From contig OY740802.1 in NCBI GenBank assembly GCA_963514005.1, forward strand, positions 28,396,001-28,460,000: a DNA stretch of 64,000 bases, given 5' to 3'. Numbering within the stretch: the stretch's first letter is position 1; the number at the start of each line of letters is the position of its first letter. This DNA is from Raja brachyura (Eukaryota). Below, in pieces: positions 51,129 to 64,000 of the stretch. A program made the translations under genes and the position numbers. Below the pieces are notes generated by a model. It was given only the letters and a program-made list of their open reading frames with translations. It was not told the DNA's origin and made no database searches.

Positions 51129-51812
51129 ATAGAAACATAGAAACATAGAAAAATAAGTGCAGGAGTAGGCCATTCGGCCCTTCGAGCCTGCACCGCCATT
51201 CAATGTGATCATGGCTGATCATCCAACTCAGTATCCCGTACCTGCCTTCTCTCCATACCCCCTGATCCCTTTAGCCACAAGTGCCACATCTAACGCCCTC
51301 TTAAATATAGCCAATGAACTGGCCTCAACTACCTTCTGTGGCAGAGAATTCCAGAGACCCACCACTCTCTGTGTAAAGAATGTTTTCCTCATCTCGGTCC
51401 TAAAGGAATTCCCCCTTATCCTTAGGCTGTGACCCCTTGTTCTGGACTCCCCCAACATCGGGAACAATCTTCCAGCATCTAGCTTGTCCAACCCCTTAAG
51501 AATTTTGTAAGTTTCTATAAGATCCCCCCTCAATCTTCTAAATTCCAGCGAGTACAAGCCGAGTCTATCCACTCTTTCTTCATGTGAAAGTCCTGACATC
51601 CCAGGAATCAGTCTGGTGAATCTTCTCTGTACCCCCTCTATGGCAAGGATGTGCTTCCTCAGATTTGGAGACCAAAACTGTACGCAATACTCCAGGTGTG
51701 GCCTCACCAAAACCCTGTACAACTGCAGTAGAACCTCCCTGCTCCTATGCTCAAATCCTTTCGCTATGAATGCTAACATACCATTTGCTTTCTTCACTGC
51801 CTGCTGCACCAC
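51129..51812 (-). mobile_element. CR1-clade (HER1-like) LINE, 5'-truncated, RT C-terminus with open 194-aa frame
   Basis: KKANGMLAFI...LYRVLVRPHLEYCVQFWSP...QRRFTRLIPG...RRLRGDLIETYKI...FFTQRVVGLWNSLP. Ends in a (TTTCTATG)n tail at about 51130. Confidence 0.95.
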
Positions 51813-52928
51813 ATAATGTTTGATTTATTTTGTCATTGGTCCAATTAGGACTGTGGAAAATAGTTTTATATTTTCGACCATCTCAGTGGGTATTGAAAGT
51901 TGTGTATTTCGAGTGCAGAGTCTCAGTGGGAAACGTTTAAATTGTTATTGGATGCACTGTTAACCAACAGGAAAACTTCATTCTTAATCTTGGAAAGTGC
52001 TTTTAAACATTATGTATAAATGGACTGTCAAACCTATAGTAAAATTGGTTGCATGGCGTTAACAAGTCTGACTCTAGACTTTAGGCATTAGAGATACAGC
52101 GTGGAAACAGGCCCTTCGGCCCACCAAGTTCGCACCAACCAGCGATCTCCCCGTATACTAACAATATCCTACACATTAGGGACATCTTACACATTTACTG
52201 AAGCCAATTAAGGTAGAAACCTGTGTGTCTGGAGTGTGGGAGGAAACCGGAGCACCCGGAGAAAACCCACGAGGTCACATGGAGAAACTCCATACAGACA
52301 GCGCCCATAGTCAGGTTTGAACTTGGGTCTCTGACGCTTTAATGCAGCAACTCTGCTGCTGAACCACCGTGCTGTTGCAAGAATGCTGTGTCATTGATAC
52401 ACATTAATGATATTTTTTCCAAATCTTCTCTTTTAAGTGTTGGCTACAAAAAGAGGTGGGAGAGCAAGCGCTTAACATTTCCCTGTTTTTCCTCCTGTCT
52501 TGTCGAGCAGAAATTGGTAGCTGGGACTTGTGTGTGAGCTTTCATCATATACTTACTACCTTCTCCTTCATGTCTTACAAGAGGTCAAAGTTATTCAGCA
52601 AGAAAACAGGCCCTTCAGCCCACTGTGTCTGTGCTGGCCACAGTCCATTACTTGGCCTGTCCCCTTCTATTCTCCAGCATTTTGCATGCGGATCCAAGTC
52701 ATTCTTAAATGTTGTGAGAGTCTCCACATCCACCTCCCCCTCGGCTCAGTGTTCCAGGTCTCAAGCACTATTTAGGTGAAAACAATATCTCCTTCACAAT
52801 TGGCACCGGCTCTCTGGCGGAGGGGCTTGTTTCCATTCTAAACCACTCCCTGATCAGCGCAAGGTCTTCTGCATTGCTAAAAACATGCATGCTAATTGTT
52901 TTTTGTTTATTGCCTCACTCTTCTTTAG

Positions 52929-53002
52929 ATCTACTTATCAGCACGTATGCAAAATATTGTTATCGCAAGCTTCAGAAGGTTGCAGTGACCGGAGGAAAGA
53001 AG
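52929..53002 (+). CDS. ARHGAP39: ARHGAP39-like exon, end of MyTH4 (74 nt, phase 1 to 0)
   Basis: Acceptor ttctttag|AT and donor AAG|gtacaa. Reads (D)LLISTYAKYCYRKLQKVAVTGGKK. Confidence 0.93.
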
Positions 53003-53863
53003 GTACAAATTGTGTGTGTTCGCTCTCCAAATGGACATGTGTTTGACACATTCTTAGTGCCTGTTGCCTTGCGTATATTGGCTTTACCCTCAAAAGGACA
53101 CAAAGTGCTGGAGTAACTAACTCATAGAGGGCCAGGCAGCATCTCTGGAGAAGGTGGAGAGGTGACGTTTTCGGGTCGGGGCTGATTCTTCGGATTGATT
53201 GCAAGTGGGGTGGTGGAGGAAGGAAGCTGGGAGAGAGGAGAGGCGGGACAAAGTGTTGTGGGTCATCGGTGGGCATAAGCGAGGGGGGGTCTGTTGATAG
53301 GCAGATGGTGGAAACGAAGGCCAGAGATTGGAGCAGGTGCGATCTGTTGCGTCATGTGCGTTACGGACAGATTGAAGAGATGCGATTTGTGAAGCCAGAG
53401 GAAGGAATGTAGGAGGTCGGCCACACTAGCTCTATCCTACACACTAGGGACAACTTACAGAAGCCAATTAACCCACAAACCTGTACGTCTTTGCAACGTG
53501 GGAAGAATCTGGAGCACCCGGAGGAAACCCACAGGGAGAACGTACAAACTCCATACAGACAGCACCCGAGGTTAGAATCGAACCCGAGGCAGCAACTCTA
53601 CCTCTGCGCCACTGTGCCGTCCACGGGGCTTCATTAGCTACTTTTCACCATGAATCAAAAGTGTGAACATGAGTAGGCAACATGAATTGAGTAGGCAATA
53701 TATGCCAGTGAATGAGCAAGTTAGACTGTGCATTGAGTTGGGTCGTGCTTACAGAGAGGCGAATCACAACCGTCTCGTGTGATTTTAAGCCAGTGGTGCC
53801 ACCTCTGCTGACTGTCCCTTTGCCACATAACGATGCAGTTGTGTGTGAGCTGGACTGAAATAA

Positions 53864-54082
<219 letters not shown>

Positions 54083-54098
54083 TAAGGCCGTGCGTGGG

Positions 54099-54590
54099 AA
54101 TGAATGAATGAATGAATGAATGAAGACGTTATTGTCACGTGACAAGTCACAGTGGAATTCTTTGCTTGCCTACCTTGCCATGGTATGCAATAGTCGCCGA
54201 TGAAGGGCGCTTACGAAGTTAAAAATTACGCCCCCCCCCCCCCCCCGCGCCAGTTCCCCCTTCCCCCTCCCGCACGGCGGTCCCCCCCACACTGAGTTCT
54301 CCTTTGTTCCTTCCCTCGGCAGCGACGTCCTTGCTTCACGTGTCTGTCTCGTCCGTTATCGGTCTGCGCTGTCATTGACCGCCGCACTGACCTCTCCACA
54401 ACATTGCCGAGTCCTCTCCTGAATCCTCCTGAACCCGGGCCCCAGCTGCGGGTCCCATCGGCTGCTCTGACCAACCTGAGCTTCTCCGTGGCCGTCCAGG
54501 AGGCGTTGAGACCGCAGTTCCTCGATAAAGGCCCCTGGCCGCATTCCAAGTCCGCGGCCATGACGCCCGGCGAGAGGCCTTCTGCGTGGA
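54099..54590 (-). mobile_element. GC-rich non-autonomous retroposon with (TTCA)n tail
   Basis: (tgaa)n run followed by ttattgtcacgtgac, the same 3'-end motif seen on other LINE tails here, then a CpG-rich body. Confidence 0.5.
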
Positions 54591-55659
54591 TGTGTTGTGC
54601 TTAAAAAAAATCACTCTCCTTGGGAGGGTCTACGTGGAAATGACCGCCAATGTATTCAGTAGAAGCAAGGAATTACAGATGCTGGTTTACACAAAAGGAC
54701 GCAAAGTACTGGAGTAACTCAACGGGTCAGTCAGCATCTCTGGAGAACATGGATAAGTGGCATTTTCATTAGTTCATCATTTATAAGAGCAGAATTTGGC
54801 CATTCGGCCCATCAAGTCTACTCCTCCATTCAATCATGGCTGATCTATCCACTCATGTTGTGCCGAGCAGCAAGCAGCCCGTACACTAGTTCTATCCGAC
54901 ACACTGGGGACACTTTAACCCACAAACCTGTACATCTTTGCAGTGTGGGAAGAATCCAGAGTACCCGGAGAAAACCCACGCAGTCACAGAGAGATCGTAT
55001 AAACTCCGTACAGACAGCACCCGAGGTCAGGATCGATCCCGGGTCTCTGGTGCTGTAAGGCAGCAACTCTACTGCTGCACCACCGTGCCGCCCAAAATCC
55101 CAAAGCTGCTCAAAATTCCAGCAACTTCAATCCTGTGTCTTCGGCTCGTTAACATCTCTTCTCTGCTCCCCACCCAACGCCCAGTCGCATCAAAGGAGAT
55201 GAGGTTGGAAATGCTAGGAGAGAATGGTAACTGCAGCTGGCCACTCCACTGTTGTGCTTCTGTACATGACGCGGGGTCGCCTGGCAGTCTCGCCTGTTGT
55301 TTTGGTTGGGAAAAGGACGGCGTGCCCTCGCAACTTCCTGCACGAGCTGCGATGAAATTTCCAACTAGGACGTCTAATTTTAGCTCTTAGTGACCTGGGA
55401 CAGGAAGCCGAGCAAATGTCTTCAAATCTCGAATACCATTCAGCGTACGTAAACTCAGGGTTGGGAACGGTGTTGCAGAGTTTTTCAGCAGTCTTTTTTG
55501 GTGCGTTAATACAAACTCTGTACAGACAGCGCCCGTAGTCAGGGTCCAACCCAGGTCCCTGGCGGTGCGAGGCAGCAACTCTACCACTGCACCACTGGCA
55601 AGGTCCCACTGCAAAGATGCACGACGGTCTCTAAGGAGCAGTTGCAGTGAATCTCATTG

Positions 55660-56288
55660 ATTAGTTTAGTTTAGAGATACAGCATGGAAACAGGGCGATC
55701 GGCCCACCATGTCCGCGCCAACCATCGTGGCTCGGTGTCTCAGCAGTAGAGTTGCTGCCTTACAGCGCCAGAGACCTGGGTTCAATCCTGACTGCGGGTG
55801 CTGTCTGTACGGAGTTTATACGTTCTCCCTGTGACCTGCGTCCGTTTCCTCCAGATTCTCCAGTTTCCTCCCACACTCCAATGATGTACAGGTTTGTAGG
55901 TTAATTGGCTTTGGTAAGATCGTAAATTGTCCCTGGCGTGTGTAGGATAGTGTCAGGGTACGGGGATCGCTGGTCGGCATGGACACGGTGGGCTGAAGGG
56001 CCTGTTTCCGTGCTGTATCTCTGAATTAAACTAAACTAAACCTGTTCACACTCGTTCTATGTTATCCCACTTTCTCATCCATTCCCTCCACACTATAGGG
56101 CAATTTTTACAGAAGGCCAATTAACCTATAAACCTGCCCGTGTTTGGGATGTGGGAGGAAACCTGATCACCCGGAGGAAACCCACGAGTTCATAGGGAGA
56201 AGGTACAAACCCCACACAGACAGCACCCAAAGTCAGGATCGAACCTGGGTGTGAGGCAGAGACTCTACCAACTGCGCCTGCGCCGCCC
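55660..56288. mobile_element. Nested SINEs: + strand HE1 copy (about 55728-56040) inserted in a - strand copy
   Basis: The reverse copy's tail (55660-55725) resumes at 56041 after a complete forward copy. Confidence 0.75.
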
Positions 56289-56334
56289 ATATTAATGATA
56301 ATATTATCTCCTGTAAGACCTTCAAACAGCTTGG

Positions 56335-56640
56335 TGCCTGTTGTCCTGGGCCCCCCTCCACTGCCAGAGAAAGCAAACGGGAGGAACAGCACCTCCTACT
56401 TTGCTTGGGTAGCTTACAACCCAACTGTATGAACATTGAATTTTCCAATATTAATAACTAACCAGTAACAACCCTCTCCCCTTTCCCCCGTCCCTTCCAC
56501 CGATATCCTTTCCTCCGGCCTCACATTTTGCCCTTCTTTCCTTCCTTATCTCACAGCCGTTTGTTATCTTCCCATCTCTGGTCTTTGTCAACCCATCTGC
56601 CATTCAAACCCCATGCACCTTTATCCACCTATCACCCCCT
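56335..56640 (+). mobile_element. Penelope-like GIY-YIG C-terminal fragment and 3'UTR
   Basis: gtcctgggcc...gaggaacagcacctcctactttgcttgggtagcttacaaccc is homologous to 26320-26430. Confidence 0.7.
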
Positions 56641-57569
56641 CTCCCACCCCGGATTTGGGGGGGGGGGGGGGGGGGAGGGGTGGTGGGGGGGGTGATAGAT
56701 GGACACAGTGATGGCCAACAGACTACTTAGCCAATTGGGCTGTTCCTTATAGAAACAAAAAATAGGTGCAGGAGGAGGCCATTCGGCCCTTTCAGCCAGC
56801 ACAGCCATTCATCGTGATCATGGCTGATCGTCCACTATCAATAACCCGTGCCTGCCTTCTCCCCATATCCCTTGACTCCACTAGCCCCTAGAGCTCTATC
56901 CAACTCTCTCTTAAATCCATCCAGTGATTTGGCCTCCACTGCCCTCTGTGGCAGGGAATTCCATAAATTCACAACTCTCTGGGTGAAAAAGTTTTTTCTC
57001 ACCTCAGTCTTAAATGACCTCCCCTTTATTCTAAGACGATCGGTACATCAGCTGATCTGTACATCAGCAAAATCTTTTCTGCCTTCTGGGACTTGTTAGT
57101 TTAAACCTCACTGTCCCCAACCTCATTTTTGCTCTTCCTCTTCTTCTTCCAATGCATCGTCCAAATATACCCTCTGGTACCATGCCTCTGGTGCCGAGAC
57201 TTAGCGGCACGATTCCCTCCCTGAACTTTTGCATCTTTTTTTCCTCTTAGTCCCTCTTTGACCACGCCTGTAGTTGTCTGCCCTCTCACCTCTCCCTGGA
57301 GTTCACGGTCAAACTCATTGCATCTTGCTTCCACCGAGTCACCTGGCTTGCAATTCTACTGTGTTTTGCATCATTTAAGGTGCTTTCTAAATGCAGGCTG
57401 TTGTTAAACATCAGATAAGCCTCTTGTTGATATTGAACCAGTCCCTGAGTTGATAATAGGCTCGGTAATGTGTATAAATATTTGGCATGTGATTGCTTTT
57501 GGCCTCAATTGCTTTTTCTTTTAATTCTGTCTCCAGAACCTATCTAATCTATGTGGAGCATTATTATAG

Positions 57570-57719
<150 letters not shown>

Positions 57720-57954
57720 TAGTGTGGAACATGCTGAAGAAAGGTCCCGACCCAAATCCTCATCTGTCTATTTCCTTCCACTGATGCTGAGTCCCTTCGG
57801 CAGTTTGTTCTTTGCTCTAAACTCCAGCATCTGCTGTCTTTTGTGTGCCTATAATTTGGAACAGTCTCAAAGGGCTGAATGACAGACCTGCGCCTGTCCC
57901 CATGTTTCCCACAAAGCCATGACTTAAATTGTACACAAGCGCGCACGCACGCAC

Positions 57955-58106
57955 NNNNNNNNNNNNNNNNNNNNNNNNNNNNNNNNNNNNNNNNNNNNNN
58001 NNNNNNNNNNNNNNNNNNNNNNNNNNNNNNNNNNNNNNNNNNNNNNNNNNNNNNNNNNNNNNNNNNNNNNNNNNNNNNNNNNNNNNNNNNNNNNNNNNNN
58101 NNNNNN
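57955..58106. other. Assembly gap (152 N), starting in a (GCAC)n repeat
   Basis: Run of N preceded by gcgcacgcacgcac. Confidence 1.
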
Positions 58107-59209
58107 ATGCACCAGGGCCCTCTTGTGGTGGGCAGAGATTATGCATAATTGTGTACATGGTGTGGTTAAAGAGAGAATTGTAAGGTTCCTGATCTTCATC
58201 AATGACCTCCCGTTAGATTTGATGTAACCCTGCACGCCTCACTCTCAAAATGGCTTCAAGTTGTTGATCACCTCCAACATTTTCTCGCATTTGCTGCCCA
58301 CACTCCGCCTGCAGCGATTTCCTCGCCACATTTGAAAATTGTTTCGTGTTTTTTTGTGACAGCCACTCAAAAGATTGGTTGTTCTTCAGAACACGACAAG
58401 ACGTGAAAATGTATTTGGCAAAATCTAGCAATTTGTTCACGGGGACAGAAGCCCTTTCCGATTATAAAAGCCCACGATTATAGAGGTCCCCTGCATCCTT
58501 GCCTCGTGTCCATATATCAAACTAGGTGGTTGACTTTGGTGTGTTCTACTTAAGAATGACCGGTAGGTTTACTGGTAAATGAGTTAATGCCAGCCTCACC
58601 AGCATCCTGAGGGCAAACTGTGAACAAATTACTTTTAAGTTTGAAGAGGAAGTTGGAAATCGGCCCTTAATTTGTCATTGCAATTCAGTTTAGTTTCTTA
58701 TTGTCACATGTACCATGGTACAGTGAAAAGCTTTTTGTCTGCATGCTATCCAGTGAAAGAAAAATGACACATGAAGAGGTTCACAGTCATGTAAGGATGG
58801 TGTGATGTTTAGCAAAAAAATGTTCTTCTTTAGTCTTTTGAGATGCAGGACACCGACTCAGACGCAGATTGGGCCCACCAAGTCCCCGTCGACCAGCACC
58901 CACCCCGTACGCCAGCACAATCTTACACACCAGGGCCAATTTACAATTTCACTGAAGCCAATTAACCTACAAACCTGCACGTCTTTGGAGTGTGGGAGGA
59001 AACCGGAGCACCCGGAGAAAACCCATGTGGTCGCGGCGAGAACATACAAACTCCGTACCGACCACACCTGTAGCCAGCAACAAACTCGGGTCTCTGGCAT
59101 TGTAAGGCAGCAACTCTACCGCAGCGCCACTGATTGAAAGATACAGCATGGAAACAGACCCTTCCGCCCACCACGTCCTCGCTAGCCATTGATTACCCGT
59201 TCACGCTAG

Positions 59210-59605
<396 letters not shown>

Positions 59606-59991
59606 TAGAACGATGACATTCTTCCTTGCAGCAGCACAACAGAATATGTAAACATAGTACACTGTAAACAATAATAGTGTGTGTGTGTGTGCAGAGCCTC
59701 CAAGATCCCAGGCATGTTGCGTTAATCCACAAAGGGAGGGAAAGGGAGAACGCTTTGGATCATACAGGGTCAGCATGGTGGCACAGGGGTAGCGTTGCTG
59801 CCTTACAGCGCCAATCCTGACTACCGATGCTGTCTGTGACGAGTTTGTACGTTTTCCCCATGACAGCGTTGGTTTTCTCCGGGTGCTCCAGTTTGATCTC
59901 GCTTTCCAAAGGCTTCTAATTGGCACCCGGAGAAAACCCACACGGCCACGTGGAGAACATGCAAACTCCGCACAGCCAGTACCCGTAGTGA

Positions 59992-60327
<336 letters not shown>

Positions 60328-61036
60328 GAAGCTCAATGGAATTCATGACAACATATATGCACACACATACATACATACACTTGCCTGTTTCCCCTTCGAC
60401 GTGTGCGTGTGTTTGCTTCTTGGTTCTTCTCCCTTTAAAATGAGTTCCCTCTTCGTCGATAGGCAGACATTCATTGCCAGCAAAGATATTGCTTCCATTT
60501 GGTACCTGGGAGACCCGTGCCTTAGCGCTGTTGACTTTTGGTTCCATTTCTCTCACAATGATGCAGGCTTGAATCCGGGGAGAGTCTGGGACTGAAGAGC
60601 CACTGTGAATATGGAATTTATTATCTAAAACTGCCAACTCAAAGAGTTTTCACTCCACGCGCAAGATAGTTTATTTCTCCACAGATCAGAATTCAAAGGT
60701 GCCTTGTTCTGGAGAAAGCCACGTCAGAAGTTTGGATTGTGTATTGCAATGCACACGGCAGTGTGCTCCAGCGGGATGTAACAGTGGTCCTTCAGTCCTC
60801 ACAAGGACCAAGGTGGAACAACATTGTACGTTGAGGAAGGGGTAATGGGCAAAGTGGTCAATGTACACACAGGGAGACCCCCCATTATGACTCACAACCA
60901 GCAGACATGAGGGGCGAGAGAGAGAGAGGCTGTGCAAACGTGACCGGTTTTCTGTTTTGTATTTGAAAGAAAAACACTTATAACTGGGAAGTTATGTCTT
61001 TATTTTAAGAAGTGAAGAATTGATTGTCAAGTGTAA

Positions 61037-61078
61037 AATAAATGCTTGTAGTCGAGGATCCCGGATTAAAATATTAAA
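61037..61078 (+). terminator. Candidate polyadenylation signals (AATAAA at 61037; ATTAAA at 61065 and 61073)
   Basis: First canonical AATAAA I saw after the stop codon. It ends about 700 nt of largely repeat-free 3'UTR-like sequence, and repeats resume at about 61170. Confidence 0.55.
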
Positions 61079-61384
61079 TGACATGCTCACTCTGCTTTCA
61101 CTGGACGGAAAGGTAGAACCACTACTACTAAACTCGAGGATGTTTCAGACACTCAGCAGCCTGCCTTGAACACAAAGTGCAGGAGTGACTCTGCGGGTCA
61201 AGCAGCATCTCCAGACAATGTGGACAGGCAGCGTTTTGGGTCTGGTCATTCATCACGGTCCAGACTAATTCTGTGCCTCAAGGTTTCTCTCCCACCTAGC
61301 CGTGATATCACTTAGTTCCCCTATCGACTTTGGATCTTCAATTCCTTTCTCCGTCTTGGTCCTCTATAAAGGGAGACATGGTTA

Positions 61385-61760
61385 CCAGGAACTGCAGGTT
61401 TTGATTTGTAAAAAAAGACCCAAAGTGCTGGAGTAACACATCGTGTCAGGCAGGCTCTCTGGAGACCATGGACAGGCGATGTTTCAGGTTGGGACCCTTC
61501 TTCAGACTGATTGTAGAAGGGGCGAGAATGCTGGAAGGGGGAGGTAGGGGAGGGCAAAGCCTGCCAAGTGACAGGTGGATACGGGATAAGCCCCTACCTC
61601 GTTTTTCCCACCTCCCCAATTTTCTCTCCCCCACTATAGTGAGCCTGGAGAAGGGTCACCTCTCCATGTCCTCCAGAGATGCTGCCTGACCCGCTAAGCT
61701 ACTCCAAAGATTTGTGTTCTACGCAAGATTCCAGCATCTGTAGTTCCTTGTATCTCCAGC
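61385..61760. mobile_element. Palindromic Penelope-derived element downstream of the gene
   Basis: Inverted arms at about 61388-61510 and 61640-61755. Confidence 0.65.
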
Positions 61761-61889
61761 ATACTGCCTTGTTTGTGTGAGGAGCTGGATATTCCCATTC
61801 ATTTTTGTTGGAGAGCGATTAGTTTCCTCTATAAACCCCTTTGTAAAATCTTAATCTGGGATTTATGATGGTACATGATAGGTAGAGAG

Positions 61890-62208
61890 TATATGCGTAT
61901 CAATGTGTGCGTGTCTATCAATGTGTGTGCGTATGTATCAATGTGTGCGTGCGTGTATCAGTTTGTGTGTGTGCGCGTATGTTAGTGTGTGTGTACCTAT
62001 CAATGTGTGCGCATGTATCAATGTGTGCGTGCGTGTATCAGTGTGTGTGTATCAATGTGTGTGTGCATCTATCAATGTGTGCGTGTATCAATGTGTGCGT
62101 GCGTGTATCAGTGTGTACGTGTGCGCGTATGTCAGTGTGTGTGTGCCTCAGTGTGTGTGTGCGTGCATCAGTGTGTGTGTGTGTGCGTGTATCAGTGTGT
62201 GTGTGTGA
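61890..62208. repeat. Compound (GT)n-based minisatellite with recurring gtatcaRtgtgtg unit
   Basis: Many copies of tatcaatgtgtg or tatcagtgtgtg separated by variable GT/GC runs. Confidence 0.9.
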
Positions 62209-64000
62209 TTAGATTATTTTTATTCTATTGATTTGGGCTTGTTTCATATTTGACTGAATCCTGATGGGGGTTCCCCACTATTTAAAAAGTTGTGAGCGTC
62301 CTTATCAAGTTCTGAGCCTCATCCAGAATGTGCTCAATGAGCTCTTTGTGGTTTATCGACAAGTTGTCCTTAAATTAAAGACTATATTTATTGTCCATAA
62401 TTTACGCTGGCTGTTTAATTGCTACAAACCACTGGCTAAATATTTCCGTTTGGTTCCCCCCCACCTCATCAGTCTCTTTGGAGTGTTTGAGGAAATGGAT
62501 GATAAGCATTGACTCCTGATTGCCAGCAGATGGATTATTGAATATGCTCCTCAAGACGAGAATGGTCTCGGAACCCACAGGAGATTTCAATCTGTGATTC
62601 TAGTCCTTGTGTCAGGGACGTTAGTAAAATAAACATGCTCGAGAATTGCAAAGTATCTGTTGAAAATTGCAGATCCTCACTGGTGACATTCAAATGGAAT
62701 TTAATAATTAAGGAAAATACAAATACTTGCCCAAAAAATGTGGGCAATTGAAAGCAAAGTCAGGAGTATCAGTCGGTGTTTTCATGTTTAAGTTTAATTT
62801 TTGTTATTTGATACCAAAATAATTTATGTTTCGTAAACTTACATCGTCATTTAGAATGGATGCTCATGGGGTTTCTGGGTGAGCAAAAATGGGGTTTGTA
62901 TCTACATAGAATGGGACTTTTGGTATAGTGGATCTCACTGCTTGTGGCATTGTGGAACAGATGCAGTTTTTTCTTCTGCGGATTGCTTTAGAGCTTTCTC
63001 CCCTCATTCTCTCCAGGTTGGGTTAGGAGAGTTGGGGGAGGGGGGTGGTTTTGCACAAATAAACCACAGCCACCTGCACTGTAGATAAATCATGTCTTGA
63101 GGAACTGTTGAGAGATATTTGCATGGATTAAGACCACTGTTGGAGGTTGATATCTTGCTCCCAGTCTCTCTCTCTCTCTCTCTCGCCCCAAACCGTGCTC
63201 CCCATTATAGCCGCAGAACTTCATTTCTGTTTGTAGTGTTGTTGGCCCTGTGAGGTTGTCGTTGCAAGCAAGTGTTTCTGCTTTGGCTCCAATAGCGCCA
63301 CTGTTATTTATGTGAGGCAGGAGAGGAGTTCGCGTTTGACCTTACTGGAAAGTACCAGCTTCTTCCCACTGACGTCATTTTGCACAGCTTTTAAAATAGT
63401 GTGCAAATCTCACAAATCTTAAAAAAAAAAACCCACAGTGCTTGAGATGGAGTTGCTGGGGTCAAATTTAGCTCTCCACACAAAACAAACCTGAGACTAC
63501 AAGATAGACGCCAAGTGCTGGAGTAACTCAGCGGGTCAGGTGACATTTCGGGTCGAGACCCTTCTTCCGACTCCAGAGATACTGGCTGACTGGCTGAGTT
63601 ACTCCTGCACTTTGTGTCTGCCTTTGTGACTATAAGCCAGCATCTACATTTCTTTGTTTCCATAAACCTGAAATGAACGAGTTTTGAATGTCCTCTCTCT
63701 TTGGTGTAAAAGGTGGGGAAAATATTTATTTTTTTCCTCCAATAATTGAAAATACAAACTCTTCCTGCACCTCGTTAAGTGTATATTGTTGTTTGTACAG
63801 AATGACTTTAGTTTGGGAATCTTTATTGAAGCTAGATCTTTGGCAGGTGTTTACAGTTTCATATTTAGCCTGTGTTTTATTGAGGCTGGATCGCAAATAT
63901 CTGTATCTAATCCTTGCTTCAGTGACCTCCTCCTCCTCCTCCTCCCTATGTTTATGCTGCAAGATATGCAAGGATAATTTGATGTGTGATTCTGTTTCTG

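Noticed and set aside
51228-51812. Open 194-aa reverse-transcriptase-like ORF as a gene
   Set aside because: A 5'-truncated young CR1 copy lacking the catalytic RT core; no sign of domestication.
61903-62231. Cys/Val-rich ORFs
   Set aside because: Translation of a (GT)n minisatellite.
63700-64000. Minus-strand AATAAA signals hinting at a convergent neighbouring gene
   Set aside because: AT-rich sequence with no exon visible in the window; cannot be supported.

Overview
Eukaryotic (vertebrate) genomic DNA. The repeat landscape (HE1-type V-SINEs, HER1/CR1 LINE 3' ends, DeuSINE remnants) points to a cartilaginous fish, probably a skate or ray (inference). The window holds the 3' part of one + strand gene, an ARHGAP39/Vilse-family MyTH4-RhoGAP. 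I could assemble eight phase-compatible GT-AG coding exons by hand: 37348-38641, 43908-44457, 49523-49615, 52929-53002, 53882-54081, 57596-57687, 59394-59563 and 60133-60327 (stop). A likely poly(A) signal lies at 61037. The N-terminal WW-domain exons were not found, so most of 1-37 kb appears to be one very large intron, possibly with an internal first exon near 24.5 kb. The rest is dominated by transposon debris: roughly 40 HE1-like SINE copies or fragments, many CR1 and Rex1/Babar 3' ends, Penelope GIY-YIG fragments and several MITEs. The most striking non-coding signal is a family of roughly 30 Penelope-derived, often palindromic, short elements carrying a minimal hammerhead-ribozyme-like core (CTGAAGA-stem-GAAA-CG-TH). 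One copy is flanked by a 14-bp target-site duplication. Repeat boundaries and copy counts were read by eye and are approximate. Comparisons with human ARHGAP39 and repeat consensuses are from memory, not from a search. Three N-gaps are present.
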